NCBI GenBank assembly: GCA_050251945.1
Contig: JBFWLW010000002.1
Coordinates: 288,001-352,000 of the forward strand
DNA from: Deferribacterales bacterium
GTDB lineage: Bacteria > Chrysiogenota > Deferribacteres > Deferribacterales > Geovibrionaceae
Reading direction: 5' to 3'
Length of the DNA stretch: 64,000 bases
In this document: positions 51,130 through 61,509 of the stretch, piece by piece
Layout: every line of letters starts with the position of its first letter
Numbering within the stretch: position 1 is the stretch's first letter
The notes under the pieces: generated by a model
The model's input: only the letters and a program-made list of their open reading frames with translations
Database searches by the model: none
Told to the model about the DNA's origin: nothing
Program-made: the position numbers and the translations under genes

Positions 51130-52130
51130 TTCGCCCCCCTGAAATATACGGCGATGATCGTCAGCACCACAATGAACAGCGCTATCAGAAGAACAGGAAG
51201 CCAGATGCGCATGTCGCCTTTTGAAAACCACACTGCGCGGTCTATATGCACACGTCTGAACGACGGCAGAAAATAACACAGCACAAACACTACGGCAACC
51301 GCGTTGAACAGAGATGCGCGCCAGCTGACAACCTCCTGAATCCAAAGCAGAAACCATGCGCTCTTCGCGGGGTTCGGCGGAGTGGCGGCATCTGCAGGAA
51401 GCTCCAGAGGGCTTTTGAATATCAAAGACAGCACAACGGCAGCGGTCACAGCCGCGAGCGAAACCAAAAGCGAAAACCTCATGAGCTGTTCACGTGATTT
51501 CACCTTTTCAGGTTCCAGCATAGGCAGAAGCCCGCCGTCACGTCTTATATTATATAGATGCGCCGACAGCAGAATAAGCGTCAATGTCGGCAGAAAAACG
51601 ATATGCAGTGCGAAAAAGCGAAGAAGGGTCAGCCGCCCGCCGACATCATCCGGCATCAGTAGAGCTTTCAGAAAACCGCCCGCAGGCAGTGTGTTCATAA
51701 GCTCCATTCCGGTCTTGGTCGCCCAGAAAGAGAGCTGATCCATGGGCATGAGATAGCCCGTGTATGCCTCGAAAATTATAAGTCCGAAAATGATATAACC
51801 TAGTTTCCAGTTTTTTTTCCTGACAGAGTAAACGCCTGTGAAGACAGTCCTTAAAAGATGCAGAGCCGCAATAACCAGAAACATATGTGAACACATGCGG
51901 TGCAGGGAACGGATGAACGCGCCGCCTGCCACATGTTCTTCCAGAAACATGACGGAACCGTATGCCGCCGTGGTTTCCGGTGAGTAATAGAAAAGCAGAA
52001 GCACTCCCGTAAGCCCCAGCAGAACAAACAGGGCGGCGGAAATAATCCCCAGATATCCGGTCTTGCGGAAAGACAGGGTGTCTCTATTAAACGTCACAGG
52101 AAAAAGGTGAGCAAAAAAACGGTTTATCAT
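51102..52130 (-). CDS. Cytochrome b/b6 with fused subunit-IV-like region (ExtP/ExtQ-like)
   Basis: [58 protein letters not shown] overlaps the Rieske stop. Confidence 0.88.
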   Translation of the reverse strand: MINRFFAHLFPVTFNRDTLSFRKTGYLGIISAALFVLLGLTGVLLLFYYSPETTAAYGSVMFLEEHVAGGAFIRSLHRMCSHMFLVIAALHLLRTVFTGVYSVRKKNWKLGYIIFGLIIFEAYTGYLMPMDQLSFWATKTGMELMNTLPAGGFLKALLMPDDVGGRLTLLRFFALHIVFLPTLTLILLSAHLYNIRRDGGLLPMLEPEKVKSREQLMRFSLLVSLAAVTAAVVLSLIFKSPLELPADAATPPNPAKSAWFLLWIQEVVSWRASLFNAVAVVFVLCYFLPSFRRVHIDRAVWFSKGDMRIWLPVLLIALFIVVLTIIAVYFRGANWELVPFYY

Positions 52131-52543
52131 ACTGCGCTCCTGCGGTAGACCGTTACCTTGCCATCCTTCTCGTCGGTGACGAAAACAGTCAGCCTTTTCA
52201 CAGCGGGTCCTTTTATGACTTCGCCGTCCAGAGAAAATACGCTTCCATGACAGGGACATGCAAATTTATCACCATCCAGCGCCACAGTACAGCCCAAATG
52301 GGTGCATGTCAGCGACATCGCGGTTATCCCGCCGTTAAGCTTCATGACAGCCGTCTGTTTGTCGGAAAATATCAGCGCACCGCCCTCAGGCACATCCGCG
52401 CCTGCAACGGTCAGCACCACATCTCCGCCGGACGTCTGCGGAGTGAGAAACCTGTACAGACCGAAAAGCCCCGCCGCGCCTCCTATAACAATGGACAGCC
52501 TTCTGAGAAATCCGCGTCTGTTCATACCTTCCGATAAACCCAT
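52127..52543 (-). CDS. Rieske 2Fe-2S protein with Tat anchor
   Basis: RRGFL, CTHLGC, CPCHGS. Confidence 0.92.
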   Translation of the reverse strand: MGLSEGMNRRGFLRRLSIVIGGAAGLFGLYRFLTPQTSGGDVVLTVAGADVPEGGALIFSDKQTAVMKLNGGITAMSLTCTHLGCTVALDGDKFACPCHGSVFSLDGEVIKGPAVKRLTVFVTDEKDGKVTVYRRSAV

Positions 52544-52590
52544 CAAATACCTCTGAATTATTGAATATGGCAGTATAATGAAAATAGGAT

Positions 52591-52611
52591 CGGGGGTCAA
52601 GAAGACCCCCG
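52591..52611. terminator. Hairpin after the psrC-like gene
   Basis: CGGGGGTC-AAGAA-GACCCCCG; poly-U tract weak. Confidence 0.55.
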
Positions 52612-52623
52612 CGCTGATAAAAC

Positions 52624-53553
52624 CTACTGGATATAGTCCGTAAACTTCTGAGTATAAACCCCTGCGTGGACTATCAGAAAACGCAGGAAATATCCGCCCA
52701 GAAGTACCAAAGATTCAAAAAAGATAAGCTTGCCGCCCGTAACGTGCATCCTGCCGCTCTCGCCCAGCCCGAAAACAACAGCCGGAACAAGCAGACCAAG
52801 AAACACAAGCACCGCCCAGAATTCCAGAGCAAACTTACCGCTCAAAAGGCTCTTTGCGGAATACTGCATCTCCGGCACACCCTGCATTGCAATGAGGAAC
52901 ATTCCGAAAAGAAGCAGTATCTCAAGCACTATCAGATAGAAGTGTGTTGTCTCTATCTTGTGCATGCTGTCTTCCGTCCTGAACGCAAGTTCGCGCACTA
53001 TCATCGCACCAGAAATGCCTGTTGAGGTGGCTGAGATGATGAACAGAATCGGCAAAGAGGTCTGGTGCCAGAAGGGGATCGCCCTGAGGACACCGAGCAG
53101 AACCGCCGTATAGCCGGCAGTGCAGATACCCGTGATAATAAGCATCCATTTTATCCATTTGCTGCTTCCCATGTTATCAAGCAGTTTCGGCAGCCAGCCG
53201 CCCATGAAGCGGAAAAATCTTGCCAGACCAAGGTTGTATATGGCATACAGCATGGAAAATATCGTGAAAAGTGTCAGAATTCCCGTACCCCACGAAATCG
53301 CAGAGGTGGGGTTAACGAACAGAAGAATGAGCAGCCAAGGCTTCCACATACCCTGTCCAAGGTCTATATACAGAAAGAAAATACCTATGATAACCAGCGG
53401 CATACCTATTACGCTCGCCGATTTGATAAACGAGATATATTTCTCTCTGTCGTACATATCCGCCAATACAGCCGCAACTATCGAACCCGCGCCCACTCCG
53501 GCGAGGAAAAGATAAACGGCGATATACCATTCAAATGCTTCCTGAAAAACCAT
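52624..53553 (-). CDS. NrfD/PsrC-family membrane anchor
   Basis: [47 protein letters not shown]. Confidence 0.92.
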   Translation of the reverse strand: MVFQEAFEWYIAVYLFLAGVGAGSIVAAVLADMYDREKYISFIKSASVIGMPLVIIGIFFLYIDLGQGMWKPWLLILLFVNPTSAISWGTGILTLFTIFSMLYAIYNLGLARFFRFMGGWLPKLLDNMGSSKWIKWMLIITGICTAGYTAVLLGVLRAIPFWHQTSLPILFIISATSTGISGAMIVRELAFRTEDSMHKIETTHFYLIVLEILLLFGMFLIAMQGVPEMQYSAKSLLSGKFALEFWAVLVFLGLLVPAVVFGLGESGRMHVTGGKLIFFESLVLLGGYFLRFLIVHAGVYTQKFTDYIQ

Positions 53554-53562
53554 ACCGCCCTC

Positions 53563-54126
53563 CTACTTTTGTATATAATAGATATTCGGCTCTGTACCGA
53601 GATCCTGACGCAGTTTCCACACTTTATAATGTTTCTCCGCGGCATCGCTCAGCAGAACGGATATTTCACTTTTGGGATCGTTTACGTCCCCGAAGACCCT
53701 TACATTGCCCGGGCATGTCGTGACGCATGCAGGGGCAAGCCCTTCCGCAATCCTCGGCAGGCAGAATGTACATTTTTCCGCCACGCCAAGTTCGTGGTTA
53801 AAGAATCTCGCGTCGTAAGGACATGATACTATGCAGTATTTACATCCGACGCATATCTTCTGGTTGATGGAGACGATGCCGTCTTCCCTCTTGTGGCTTG
53901 CCTTTGTGGGGCATACTGTGACACAGGGTGCATCGTCGCAGTGGTTGCACTGGTGGGGGAGGAAATGCATCTGCAGTTTCCTTGTATGGTCTGGGCTTTT
54001 GCCCGTATCTATGTGCGTGCGGAAATCCTCGTCCGGCACATGCCATTCCGCCTTGCACGCCACCATACATGCCTTGCAGTCAACACAGCGGTCAACAATA
54101 TATGCCATTGCGTATTTCTTTTTCAT
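53563..54126 (-). CDS. 4Fe-4S dicluster subunit (NrfC/PsrB family)
   Basis: CVDCKACMVAC, CNHCDDAPCVTVCP, CVGCKYCIVSCPY, KCTFC..PACVTTCP. Confidence 0.93.
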   Translation of the reverse strand: MKKKYAMAYIVDRCVDCKACMVACKAEWHVPDEDFRTHIDTGKSPDHTRKLQMHFLPHQCNHCDDAPCVTVCPTKASHKREDGIVSINQKICVGCKYCIVSCPYDARFFNHELGVAEKCTFCLPRIAEGLAPACVTTCPGNVRVFGDVNDPKSEISVLLSDAAEKHYKVWKLRQDLGTEPNIYYIQK

Positions 54127-54139
54127 CTTCGTCTCCCCC

Positions 54140-56329
54140 TTACGCCTTCACGACTTTTACAAAGCCGTTGTGGAAACCGGCAGAACCGCTTATGGGGTCT
54201 GTCTCATCCGACGTGAAATCGGAATCACGCGCGCCCACACCTGAAATCCTCGTCAGCATCTTGCTGACGGAACCGAATCCGTGGGGGATGAAGATGGCAT
54301 CCTTATGGATGTGGTCGACGACTTTTGCCTTGCATGCATGGCTCTTTTTATCGCCTTTGACAATGCATACGTCATCGCCGTTCTTTATACCCAGATTCTT
54401 AGCGCGATCGCTGTTTATCCAAAGCTCCACCTGAGAATGGTGCAGGGCAAGCAGCCACGCGTTGTTCTGGGTTCTGGCGTGTGTGTGGAAGCTGAGACGA
54501 CCGAACAGAAGTCTGAACTCGTCGCCTCTTGGCATCGGAGGCGCCTCATACGAAGGCATAGCTTCATAACCGAGGTCGTCCATCATACTGCTGAAAAGTT
54601 CCGCCTTGCCTGACGGCGTGTGGAACTCCGGCTCGGCACCGGATGCAATTGGGAACGGGTCGCCCTCTGCGCCCACAAGGCATCCGTGTTTCTTCATGTT
54701 CTCCTCGGTGAGACCGATGGATTCCAGAAACTCTTTATTATACTCACGTACATCCATGAAATGATTTTCGTAGCCCATCGCCTTTGAAAGACGCGCCGCT
54801 ATCTCCCATCCGCCAAGCGTATCATAAAGCGGCGGAACAGCAGGTTCGCGGTATTGTATATAACCGCTCTTTCTCGAAGTGATGATTATCGGGTCGTACC
54901 TCTCCAGATATGTGGATTCCGGCAGAACAACGTCGGAATACCATGCGGTATCCGTCATGTATATTTCGCAGGTGACGATAAGCTCGCTCGCCTTTATCGC
55001 CTTTTCCACTGTCTCCGCACTTCCCTGATTATGAAACGGATTGCAGCCGTAAACGAACATCCCTTTGAGAGGGTGCTTCTGCTCTGCTATCGCCTGCATC
55101 ATTTTGTTGGCAAGACCAAGGTCGGTGGACGCTATGGGAAACTCGGTTCCTGCACCGTCCGCCCTCTCCGTATCCACTTTCTCAAGATCGTGAACCATAT
55201 GCGGAGTGTCGAGCTTAAGAGGAACGGGCTTGTATATACCGCCCGGCTGTTCCCAGTTGCCCATGAGAGCGTTAAGGATAGCTATCGCCCTGACGAACTG
55301 GGTGTCGTTGCCGTATCTGGTGAGACGGCGACCGGGGTGGATATAGCAGTGAGGAGCCGCTTCACAGAGCTTGTTCGCAGCCTCGATGATATCTTTTTCG
55401 GGTATCTCGGTTATCTCCGCCGCCCACTTAACCGTATACTGACGGACGTGTTCTTTCAGCTCGTCCAGACCATATGTGTAGTTATCAACGAAGTCTTTGT
55501 TATATATCTCTTTTACGAGGATATAGTTTATCATCGCCAGAACGAGAGCGGTGTCCGTTCCGGGCTTTATCATCATGTATTTGTTTGCTTTCGCGGCAGT
55601 CTTGCTGTATCTGGGGTCGACATATATCACATATGCGCCGTTGGCACAGCCGTTTATGAAATCCTGAAGTTCGCCGACGTGCAGTGCCTCTGCGATGTTG
55701 CGCCCGAGGAGCATGATGCACTTGGCATTTTCTGAATCCACAGGTTCCTTTCCGCCGACGGGCTTACCGTATGTGAGCGCCCAGCCGATGTCCCTGCTGC
55801 CCGTACACTGGGCATAGGAGGGGATGCATATATTGGGCGAACCCATTATATGAAGAAGATCGACAAAAGAGTGTTCACCCGAACCGTGAGCAAAGAGAGT
55901 GAATGTTTCGGGACCGTATTTACCCTTGAGCGCGTTGCATTTTTCGGCAACGTACTTTATGGCTTCGTCCCATGAAACTTCCTTGAACTGACCGGAGCCC
56001 CTTTCACCCGTGCGGATGAGAGGCTTTTTAAGTCTGTCGGGGTCGTAAAGCTGAAAAACGCCTGAGTTGCCCTTTGCGCAAAGTTTACCGAAGTTGCTGG
56101 GGCAGCTCTTCTGTCCTTCAAGTTTCGTTACTTTCCCATCGACAACCTTAGCAGTGAGGCCGCACTTCCAGAAGCACATTTCGCACCAGTTCTGGGCGTA
56201 TGTAACTCCGGATGGGGTGGAGTGCTCAACCTCTCCGGCGATAAGACTGATTGACGGCAGGGTAGCCGCCGCCGCACCTGCGGCAATGGTTCCCTGTAAA
56301 AACCGCCTGCGGGAGATTCTGCTTTTCAT
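54140..56329 (-). CDS. Molybdopterin oxidoreductase catalytic subunit, PsrA/PhsA-like
   Basis: Tat signal SRRRFL, CEMCFWKC...LCAKG, YDPDRL, predicted Cys Mo ligand (AQCTGSR), IKPGTD, DVVLPESTYLER, HTHARTQN. Confidence 0.9.
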   Translation of the reverse strand: MKSRISRRRFLQGTIAAGAAAATLPSISLIAGEVEHSTPSGVTYAQNWCEMCFWKCGLTAKVVDGKVTKLEGQKSCPSNFGKLCAKGNSGVFQLYDPDRLKKPLIRTGERGSGQFKEVSWDEAIKYVAEKCNALKGKYGPETFTLFAHGSGEHSFVDLLHIMGSPNICIPSYAQCTGSRDIGWALTYGKPVGGKEPVDSENAKCIMLLGRNIAEALHVGELQDFINGCANGAYVIYVDPRYSKTAAKANKYMMIKPGTDTALVLAMINYILVKEIYNKDFVDNYTYGLDELKEHVRQYTVKWAAEITEIPEKDIIEAANKLCEAAPHCYIHPGRRLTRYGNDTQFVRAIAILNALMGNWEQPGGIYKPVPLKLDTPHMVHDLEKVDTERADGAGTEFPIASTDLGLANKMMQAIAEQKHPLKGMFVYGCNPFHNQGSAETVEKAIKASELIVTCEIYMTDTAWYSDVVLPESTYLERYDPIIITSRKSGYIQYREPAVPPLYDTLGGWEIAARLSKAMGYENHFMDVREYNKEFLESIGLTEENMKKHGCLVGAEGDPFPIASGAEPEFHTPSGKAELFSSMMDDLGYEAMPSYEAPPMPRGDEFRLLFGRLSFHTHARTQNNAWLLALHHSQVELWINSDRAKNLGIKNGDDVCIVKGDKKSHACKAKVVDHIHKDAIFIPHGFGSVSKMLTRISGVGARDSDFTSDETDPISGSAGFHNGFVKVVKA

Positions 56330-56388
56330 TTGTGTCCCTCTTGATTTTTGCGTGATGAGGGACATTTGTACCGATTGAACTTAACACC

Positions 56389-56431
56389 ATAATAATATAG
56401 CCAATGGATTTGTCAATAATTATCGGACAAA
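56389..56431 (-). promoter_or_regulatory. Sigma70 promoter of the psrABC-like cassette with overlapping inverted repeat
   Basis: TTGACA-N16-TATTAT on the minus strand; TTTGTC-N11-GACAAA (56409-56431) covers the -35. Confidence 0.55.
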
Positions 56432-56601
56432 AAAATATATAAAAAATATTGTATACAATTTTAATTTTAATTAAGACTAAATATGAATTAATTACAAGGA
56501 ATCAAACTTGCAAGTATTGCATTTGTTTTTTCAATAGCACTATCGCTTCTTTATAATTACAATGGCGTATCGCTTATTTGATGATGCTTTTAATTAAGGA
56601 T

Positions 56602-56686
56602 GAGATCGCTTCGGGCATAAAGCCATCGCGAAGACGGAATAAAAGTCACGTCTTTGCGAGAAAACCGCAGGTTGACGAAGCAATCT
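56602..56686. repeat. REPIN-like element, copy 6
   Basis: GAGATCGCTTCG..TCGCGAAGAC / GTCTTTGCGAG..GACGAAGCAATCT. Confidence 0.8.
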
Positions 56687-56742
56687 GAACCACATAGAAT
56701 TCTCAGTGCAATATATTACCGCCGCGCCGCCGTATTCAGAAT

Positions 56743-58020
56743 CTATTTTTCTGCGTTTTCCACCGTGTCGGTCACCTGTCTCCATTTCTTCATTGCGGCT
56801 TTCTTATATTCTATATTTTTGGTCGTGATTCTTTTGTATTCAGAGTCGTTTACAAAACGACCGTTCACTACTTTGAATCCTTTGAAGTTATAAAAACTCT
56901 CAAAAGGCAGCCCGTCTTTATCTGTCAGATAAAGCCTGTCCTCTCTCTTCTCACGCATCAGTCTTCTCGCGTCGGCATGACAGCTTTCACACATAACCGT
57001 TTCACGGCGCACAGTGTGCGGGAATACCGCTCTGAAATCGGCGGACAGCATGTTATTCTCTCTGCCCACGACCTTGTCATCTTTGATATTGGTCAGAAAC
57101 GCAATATACTGAGGGCGAAGGGGCGAATACTTCTTCCGTCCGTTTACGCCTATGGGAAAATCCGCATACTGTTTCGTATGGCTGCTCTTCGCATAATCTA
57201 TGTGCGGGCGCTTAACCCATCTGAAATATTCTGAAAATTTCGTATTCTGCAAATATATCCAGAAAGTGCCGTATTCCTGATTTGCCCATGCGGAATGGCA
57301 TGTGTAGCACTCCATACGGCTGTGTCCGGCTATCGAATGTTCCACCGAGGAACTCTTCTTCATATCGTGGCAGTCAGTGCATGTCTTAGAAAATTTCCTG
57401 CCCTCGGCAAGGCTCTTCATGGAGTGACATTCGCCGCACTGCATCCCCTTTTCGTGGTGTACGTCCGGAAGCATGGAGGCATATTTCCCGCCCTTATATT
57501 CTTTTCCTCTGGAATATCTTTCATGGTCTTCGCGCTGTCCCAGCCCGCTGTATTCGATGCCAGTGTAATAGTCCCTGTGGCACTCCTGACAGTTGGCGGT
57601 TGTCGGTTTTTTAATGGCATGGGGATTCCCGCCGTCATGGCAGTTCATACAGCTTAACACATGGCAGTTCTGACAGTTTTTGTTCCAGAACTGTCCGTCA
57701 ACACGCCCGTATGTCTTATCGACAAACACCTTTTCAGAACTTCTGTGAACCATCGGACTTTCAATAATTCCCGCGTATTCAGCGTGGCAGTTCAGACATC
57801 CTTTCGCCGATACAGAGAAATCAGCCGCTTTATCGTAGTGCTCCTTATTGGGCGCGTGGCACGTTTCGCATTTCTGTTTTGCGTGTACTCCCGTCACCCT
57901 TTCCTTGTGGCAGGCGGCGCAGTTTTTGTCGCTTTTCTCCAGAGCAAAGCCGCTTTCAGCGGAGCAGAGGCTTATGCACAGGGTCAGAAAGAACGCTGTC
58001 GTATGAAAACTTCTTGCCAT
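56743..58020 (-). CDS. Decaheme cytochrome c (ext cluster)
   Basis: 10 CxxCH motifs and a signal peptide. Start inferred at ATG 58020, overlapping the upstream gene. Confidence 0.88.
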   Translation of the reverse strand: MARSFHTTAFFLTLCISLCSAESGFALEKSDKNCAACHKERVTGVHAKQKCETCHAPNKEHYDKAADFSVSAKGCLNCHAEYAGIIESPMVHRSSEKVFVDKTYGRVDGQFWNKNCQNCHVLSCMNCHDGGNPHAIKKPTTANCQECHRDYYTGIEYSGLGQREDHERYSRGKEYKGGKYASMLPDVHHEKGMQCGECHSMKSLAEGRKFSKTCTDCHDMKKSSSVEHSIAGHSRMECYTCHSAWANQEYGTFWIYLQNTKFSEYFRWVKRPHIDYAKSSHTKQYADFPIGVNGRKKYSPLRPQYIAFLTNIKDDKVVGRENNMLSADFRAVFPHTVRRETVMCESCHADARRLMREKREDRLYLTDKDGLPFESFYNFKGFKVVNGRFVNDSEYKRITTKNIEYKKAAMKKWRQVTDTVENAEK

Positions 58021-59815
58021 ATATCCTGCCTTCTCCTTTTTCGTGGCAAACAATGCACTGGTTCGCCCTTAACATGGAAGCCAGCTCATTGTTGTTCAGA
58101 ATCCTCGAATGGTCGCGGACGACATCAGACGTCACATCCTGCTTTCCGTTCTTTATGCTGTACAGCGAATCAAGCGGTTTTTCGCACTTGTCGCAAAGAT
58201 ATGCGCTGTTTATGTTTCTCTTGGTTACAGATACCAAGCCCTGACCGTAGCCCGCAAAAGCAAGCTTCGTATGGCACGTTTCACAGCTCACCGCCTTTTT
58301 GCCCGTGTTGTGACTGTAAAACGGTGCAAATTTGAAGTTCTTCACCCCTCTGTAGTTGAAAACGTGGTCGTCCAGAACCTTTTCACCCTTTTCGTCCAGC
58401 ACGGTCAGAAACGTCTGACAGCCGGGGGTTACGGGAGATATCTTCCCGCGCTGGTTCACGCCCAGAGGGAACGGAAAAAGTGTCCTGAAATCCTCGGTTT
58501 CACTGAACGCCCCGTATGTGTCCTGCCCTTTGATCAGGTCGGTCATCTTTTCACTTTTGTCGTATGTGGTGTGACAGCCGTAGCATTGAACGACGGTATT
58601 GGAATGACATGTGTAACATTCCATCCGGTCGTGACCGTATACGCAGTGGTTATTGGTATTCATAACCGTCTTTATCTCAATGCGCTTACCTTCGCGCTTT
58701 GTATACAGGTAATATTTGCCCTTTTCTTTGCGTACGTTGGAATACATACGCCCTTTGGACGTAAGCACCATTTCGTCGCCGTAGTTCACCCTGAAAGCAT
58801 AGTTCTGCGATTCCCTCACGGGTCTGCTGTTCTCTCTGGTCACCTTCTGCGTTTTCGGGAGGGCGTTCTCTGTTCCGTGGCAGTCCTCGCAGGCGGTCTC
58901 AATCTGCATGTACATGTTCTCGTACATATATCCGTCGCCCATCATATCAGCCGAGGTGTGACAGTCGATACACTCCATCCCGAAATCAAAATGGATATCC
59001 GCCTGCATATGGCGCACGTTGCGCACACCGTCTATAAGATCTGGTCCCGGATACCCCCCGCTTGTGGGTACCAGCGAGTTGTTGCCGTCGTAAAAGCCTT
59101 CGTATGAAAGAGCTATCCGTCCGCTTCTGTTGTGGCACGTCAGACATACGTCATTTGAAGGAAGAGCGGAAATCTCATGTTTTTCGGGATAAGGACCTTT
59201 GCCGTGGATGGTCTTGTCGCCGCCCTTGTAAGTTCCCTCGACCGAATGGTTAAAGTGACATGCGGAACAGCCGGAGGAGTGATGAGCGCGGTAGCCCTCC
59301 AGCTTGTCATAACCGACGTGGCATGCGGAACAGAATTTTCTGTAAAGCTCGCCGGAAAGCTCTTCAAGTTCCGCAACCGAAGCTCTCTTCTGCGGATTGC
59401 CCTCCGCGTCGAAACCGTCGGCTCCGTGAGTGCTGTAAAGTTTGCCCTCATAGTCGTCCCACGCCTGCTGAGAATTCTTTATCATCCCAGTCGCGGTGTA
59501 CATAAGCGTTTTTGAAACCCGCTCAAGCTGATACTGGTGGCATTGTCCGCAGGTCTTGTCCCATACGGACGGATCACTGGGGTTTCGTCCGCCCAGCATA
59601 TCCGCATGGGCAGCCTTTTTTTCCGACGCTTTCGGGTCGCCGCCGTGGCACTTTTCGCAGGGTATTTCATGATTTTTTGAAGGATACTCTATTCCGGCGT
59701 GGCAATCCGCCGACATACAGCCGACAACCGCTTCGCCCGTGTGATAGAACCCGAAATACACGAACGCAGCGGCGCATACCGTTAAAGTGATTCCCGCAAT
59801 TATGTATTTCAGCAT
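57956..59815 (-). CDS. extM: Multiheme cytochrome c, ExtM-like (11 CxxCH + 1 CX4CH)
   Basis: N-terminal anchor, 11 CxxCH, CMSADCH; position after extHIJ-like genes. Confidence 0.8.
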   Translation of the reverse strand: MLKYIIAGITLTVCAAAFVYFGFYHTGEAVVGCMSADCHAGIEYPSKNHEIPCEKCHGGDPKASEKKAAHADMLGGRNPSDPSVWDKTCGQCHQYQLERVSKTLMYTATGMIKNSQQAWDDYEGKLYSTHGADGFDAEGNPQKRASVAELEELSGELYRKFCSACHVGYDKLEGYRAHHSSGCSACHFNHSVEGTYKGGDKTIHGKGPYPEKHEISALPSNDVCLTCHNRSGRIALSYEGFYDGNNSLVPTSGGYPGPDLIDGVRNVRHMQADIHFDFGMECIDCHTSADMMGDGYMYENMYMQIETACEDCHGTENALPKTQKVTRENSRPVRESQNYAFRVNYGDEMVLTSKGRMYSNVRKEKGKYYLYTKREGKRIEIKTVMNTNNHCVYGHDRMECYTCHSNTVVQCYGCHTTYDKSEKMTDLIKGQDTYGAFSETEDFRTLFPFPLGVNQRGKISPVTPGCQTFLTVLDEKGEKVLDDHVFNYRGVKNFKFAPFYSHNTGKKAVSCETCHTKLAFAGYGQGLVSVTKRNINSAYLCDKCEKPLDSLYSIKNGKQDVTSDVVRDHSRILNNNELASMLRANQCIVCHEKGEGRIYGKKFSYDSVLSDPVHKPLLR

Positions 59816-59903
59816 CTGCCCACCAAAGTTTTTTTCTGATTATATGAGATATTGAATAGAAAATAAAGCCCCGCTCAGGCTGATGACAAAAACAGATAAA
59901 CAC

Positions 59904-59979
59904 GAGATTGCTTCGCTATGCTCGCAAAGACGGAAGTTCCTGTCATTGCGAGGAAGCCGCAGGCTGACGCGGCAATCTC
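59904..59979. repeat. REPIN-like element, copy 7
   Basis: GAGATTGCTTCG..CTCGCAAAGAC / GTCATTGCGAGG..GACGCGGCAATCTC. Confidence 0.82.
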
Positions 59980-60040
59980 ATTGGTTTAAAAGTGATTGTC
60001 AACAACATGAGCGGGGCATAAAGCCCCGCCGAAATATTGA

Positions 60041-60256
60041 TTAACAGCCCTGAAGTTTGAAGCCGGGTTTAGCGCCCACAGCTTCCACCTTCACCGCGTC
60101 GCCTGCCTTAACATCAATTGCGCTGTCCAGCTTAATTGTGATGTTAGTTCCGTCAACACTTGTAACTTTACCTTTTGAGGATTTTGCAGCAGCGATCGCT
60201 ATTCCTGCTGTAACAACCATCACAGCAAGCACGATAATTCCAAGTTTCTTTTTCAT
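60041..60256 (-). CDS. extJ: Small periplasmic protein, ExtJ-like, C-terminal LQGC
   Basis: Signal peptide, GKVTSVDG...K.GD.V, terminal GC; directly after the porin gene. Confidence 0.75.
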   Translation of the reverse strand: MKKKLGIIVLAVMVVTAGIAIAAAKSSKGKVTSVDGTNITIKLDSAIDVKAGDAVKVEAVGAKPGFKLQGC

Positions 60257-60284
60257 TTCATCATCTCCTTTCGCTTGTTTTCAA

Positions 60285-61487
60285 TTAAAATCTGACCTGC
60301 ATATACAGTTCAAATGTGTCAAAGTCCTGATAGTTGGTGTTAGAACCAACTTCTTTATCAAAGTCCGTCTGTGAATACTGTGCAGTTATTTTGATTTTGT
60401 CTTCGTCTATATAGTAGTTCACACCGGCAGCGGCAAATTTGACCTCATTGTCATAGTAGCCGTTGAGGTTTGCGAATGTGAAATCATCATAACGTCCGAA
60501 GAACTGCACTTGACCGGGGCCTACGTTAAAGGGAAGCATATAGCCCGCTTTAACATAGTAGCCGTCGCGTTCGCCGTAGAGACCATATGAATTGGCATCG
60601 GGGTCTGCACCTTTGTAAGCGTCGTCAAAGCTGATGTTCAGATATGCGCCGGACAGTGTGAAAGTACCTGCCGCAGTGGGAACCTCGCCGAAGATGTCAT
60701 ATGAGTAAGCGGCATAGTCTTTCTTGTCGGCATAGTTGTCAACGTCGGCATATACTGCATCAGGCTCATACTGATAGGATGCGCCTGCTGTCAGCACTGT
60801 TTTCTTGCCGAAATATGTACCTTTGTAGCCATAGCCTGATTCCTTGTCGAAAAGAGACACATGGACACGACCGGTATAGCGGAGATTTGAGCCGGGATCG
60901 GGTGAACCGTCGTCAGAATCGCCTGTGCGTCCTTCCTGAATCTCGCCTCTGACCTGTACCATATTGTCAAGGAACTCTGCGCGCGCTCCGATACCTTTGT
61001 CGCGGCTTGTTTTAAAGGGCGCATATACAAAGTATGAACGGTCGAGCGTCAGCGGGTTGAAACAGCCCTCAAGGTTTTCCCTTGTGAGGGAGTGCTTGAA
61101 CTTACCGAGAATTACGTCGAAATTCTCGAAAGGGGTATATCTGATCTGTGCGTCAAGAAGATAGAAATCTTTGCCGTCGTCGTCAGATATGTCCACATAC
61201 AGCGGGTTTATGTTCTTGTCTTCAATGTACTCTGTCTGAACATAAAAGCTGAGCTGTTCGTTGTATGTTCCGATGAAACCAATTCTGTTTCTTCTGAAGT
61301 TGAACTCGTTGGTGCCATCTTCCGCATTTTCTCCGCTTCCCGTGTTCCTGCCTGAATAGCCGAACTGAGCGTCATAAAAGAATTGCAGATATTTTCCATC
61401 GCCAAGCTCAATGGGCTTGAAGGCAAACGCGCTTCCCGCACACATGAGCATCAGCATCAGAACGGTTAATATTTTTGTCTTAAACAT
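60285..61487 (-). CDS. extI: OprO/P-type porin, ExtI-like
   Basis: Signal peptide, FRRNR, LLDAQ, GKFK..TRENLE, SRDKG, C-terminal QVRF. Confidence 0.8.
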   Translation of the reverse strand: MFKTKILTVLMLMLMCAGSAFAFKPIELGDGKYLQFFYDAQFGYSGRNTGSGENAEDGTNEFNFRRNRIGFIGTYNEQLSFYVQTEYIEDKNINPLYVDISDDDGKDFYLLDAQIRYTPFENFDVILGKFKHSLTRENLEGCFNPLTLDRSYFVYAPFKTSRDKGIGARAEFLDNMVQVRGEIQEGRTGDSDDGSPDPGSNLRYTGRVHVSLFDKESGYGYKGTYFGKKTVLTAGASYQYEPDAVYADVDNYADKKDYAAYSYDIFGEVPTAAGTFTLSGAYLNISFDDAYKGADPDANSYGLYGERDGYYVKAGYMLPFNVGPGQVQFFGRYDDFTFANLNGYYDNEVKFAAAGVNYYIDEDKIKITAQYSQTDFDKEVGSNTNYQDFDTFELYMQVRF

Positions 61488-61509
61488 AATTTTTACTCTC
61501 CGGTTTTAA

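Noticed and set aside
54854..59107. Long plus-strand ORFs (293, 224 and 332 aa)
   Set aside because: Antisense to the well-supported molybdoenzyme and cytochrome genes.
17497..59979. CRISPR array interpretation of the repeats
   Set aside because: Copies are dispersed, inverted and variable rather than regularly spaced direct repeats; no cas genes are present.
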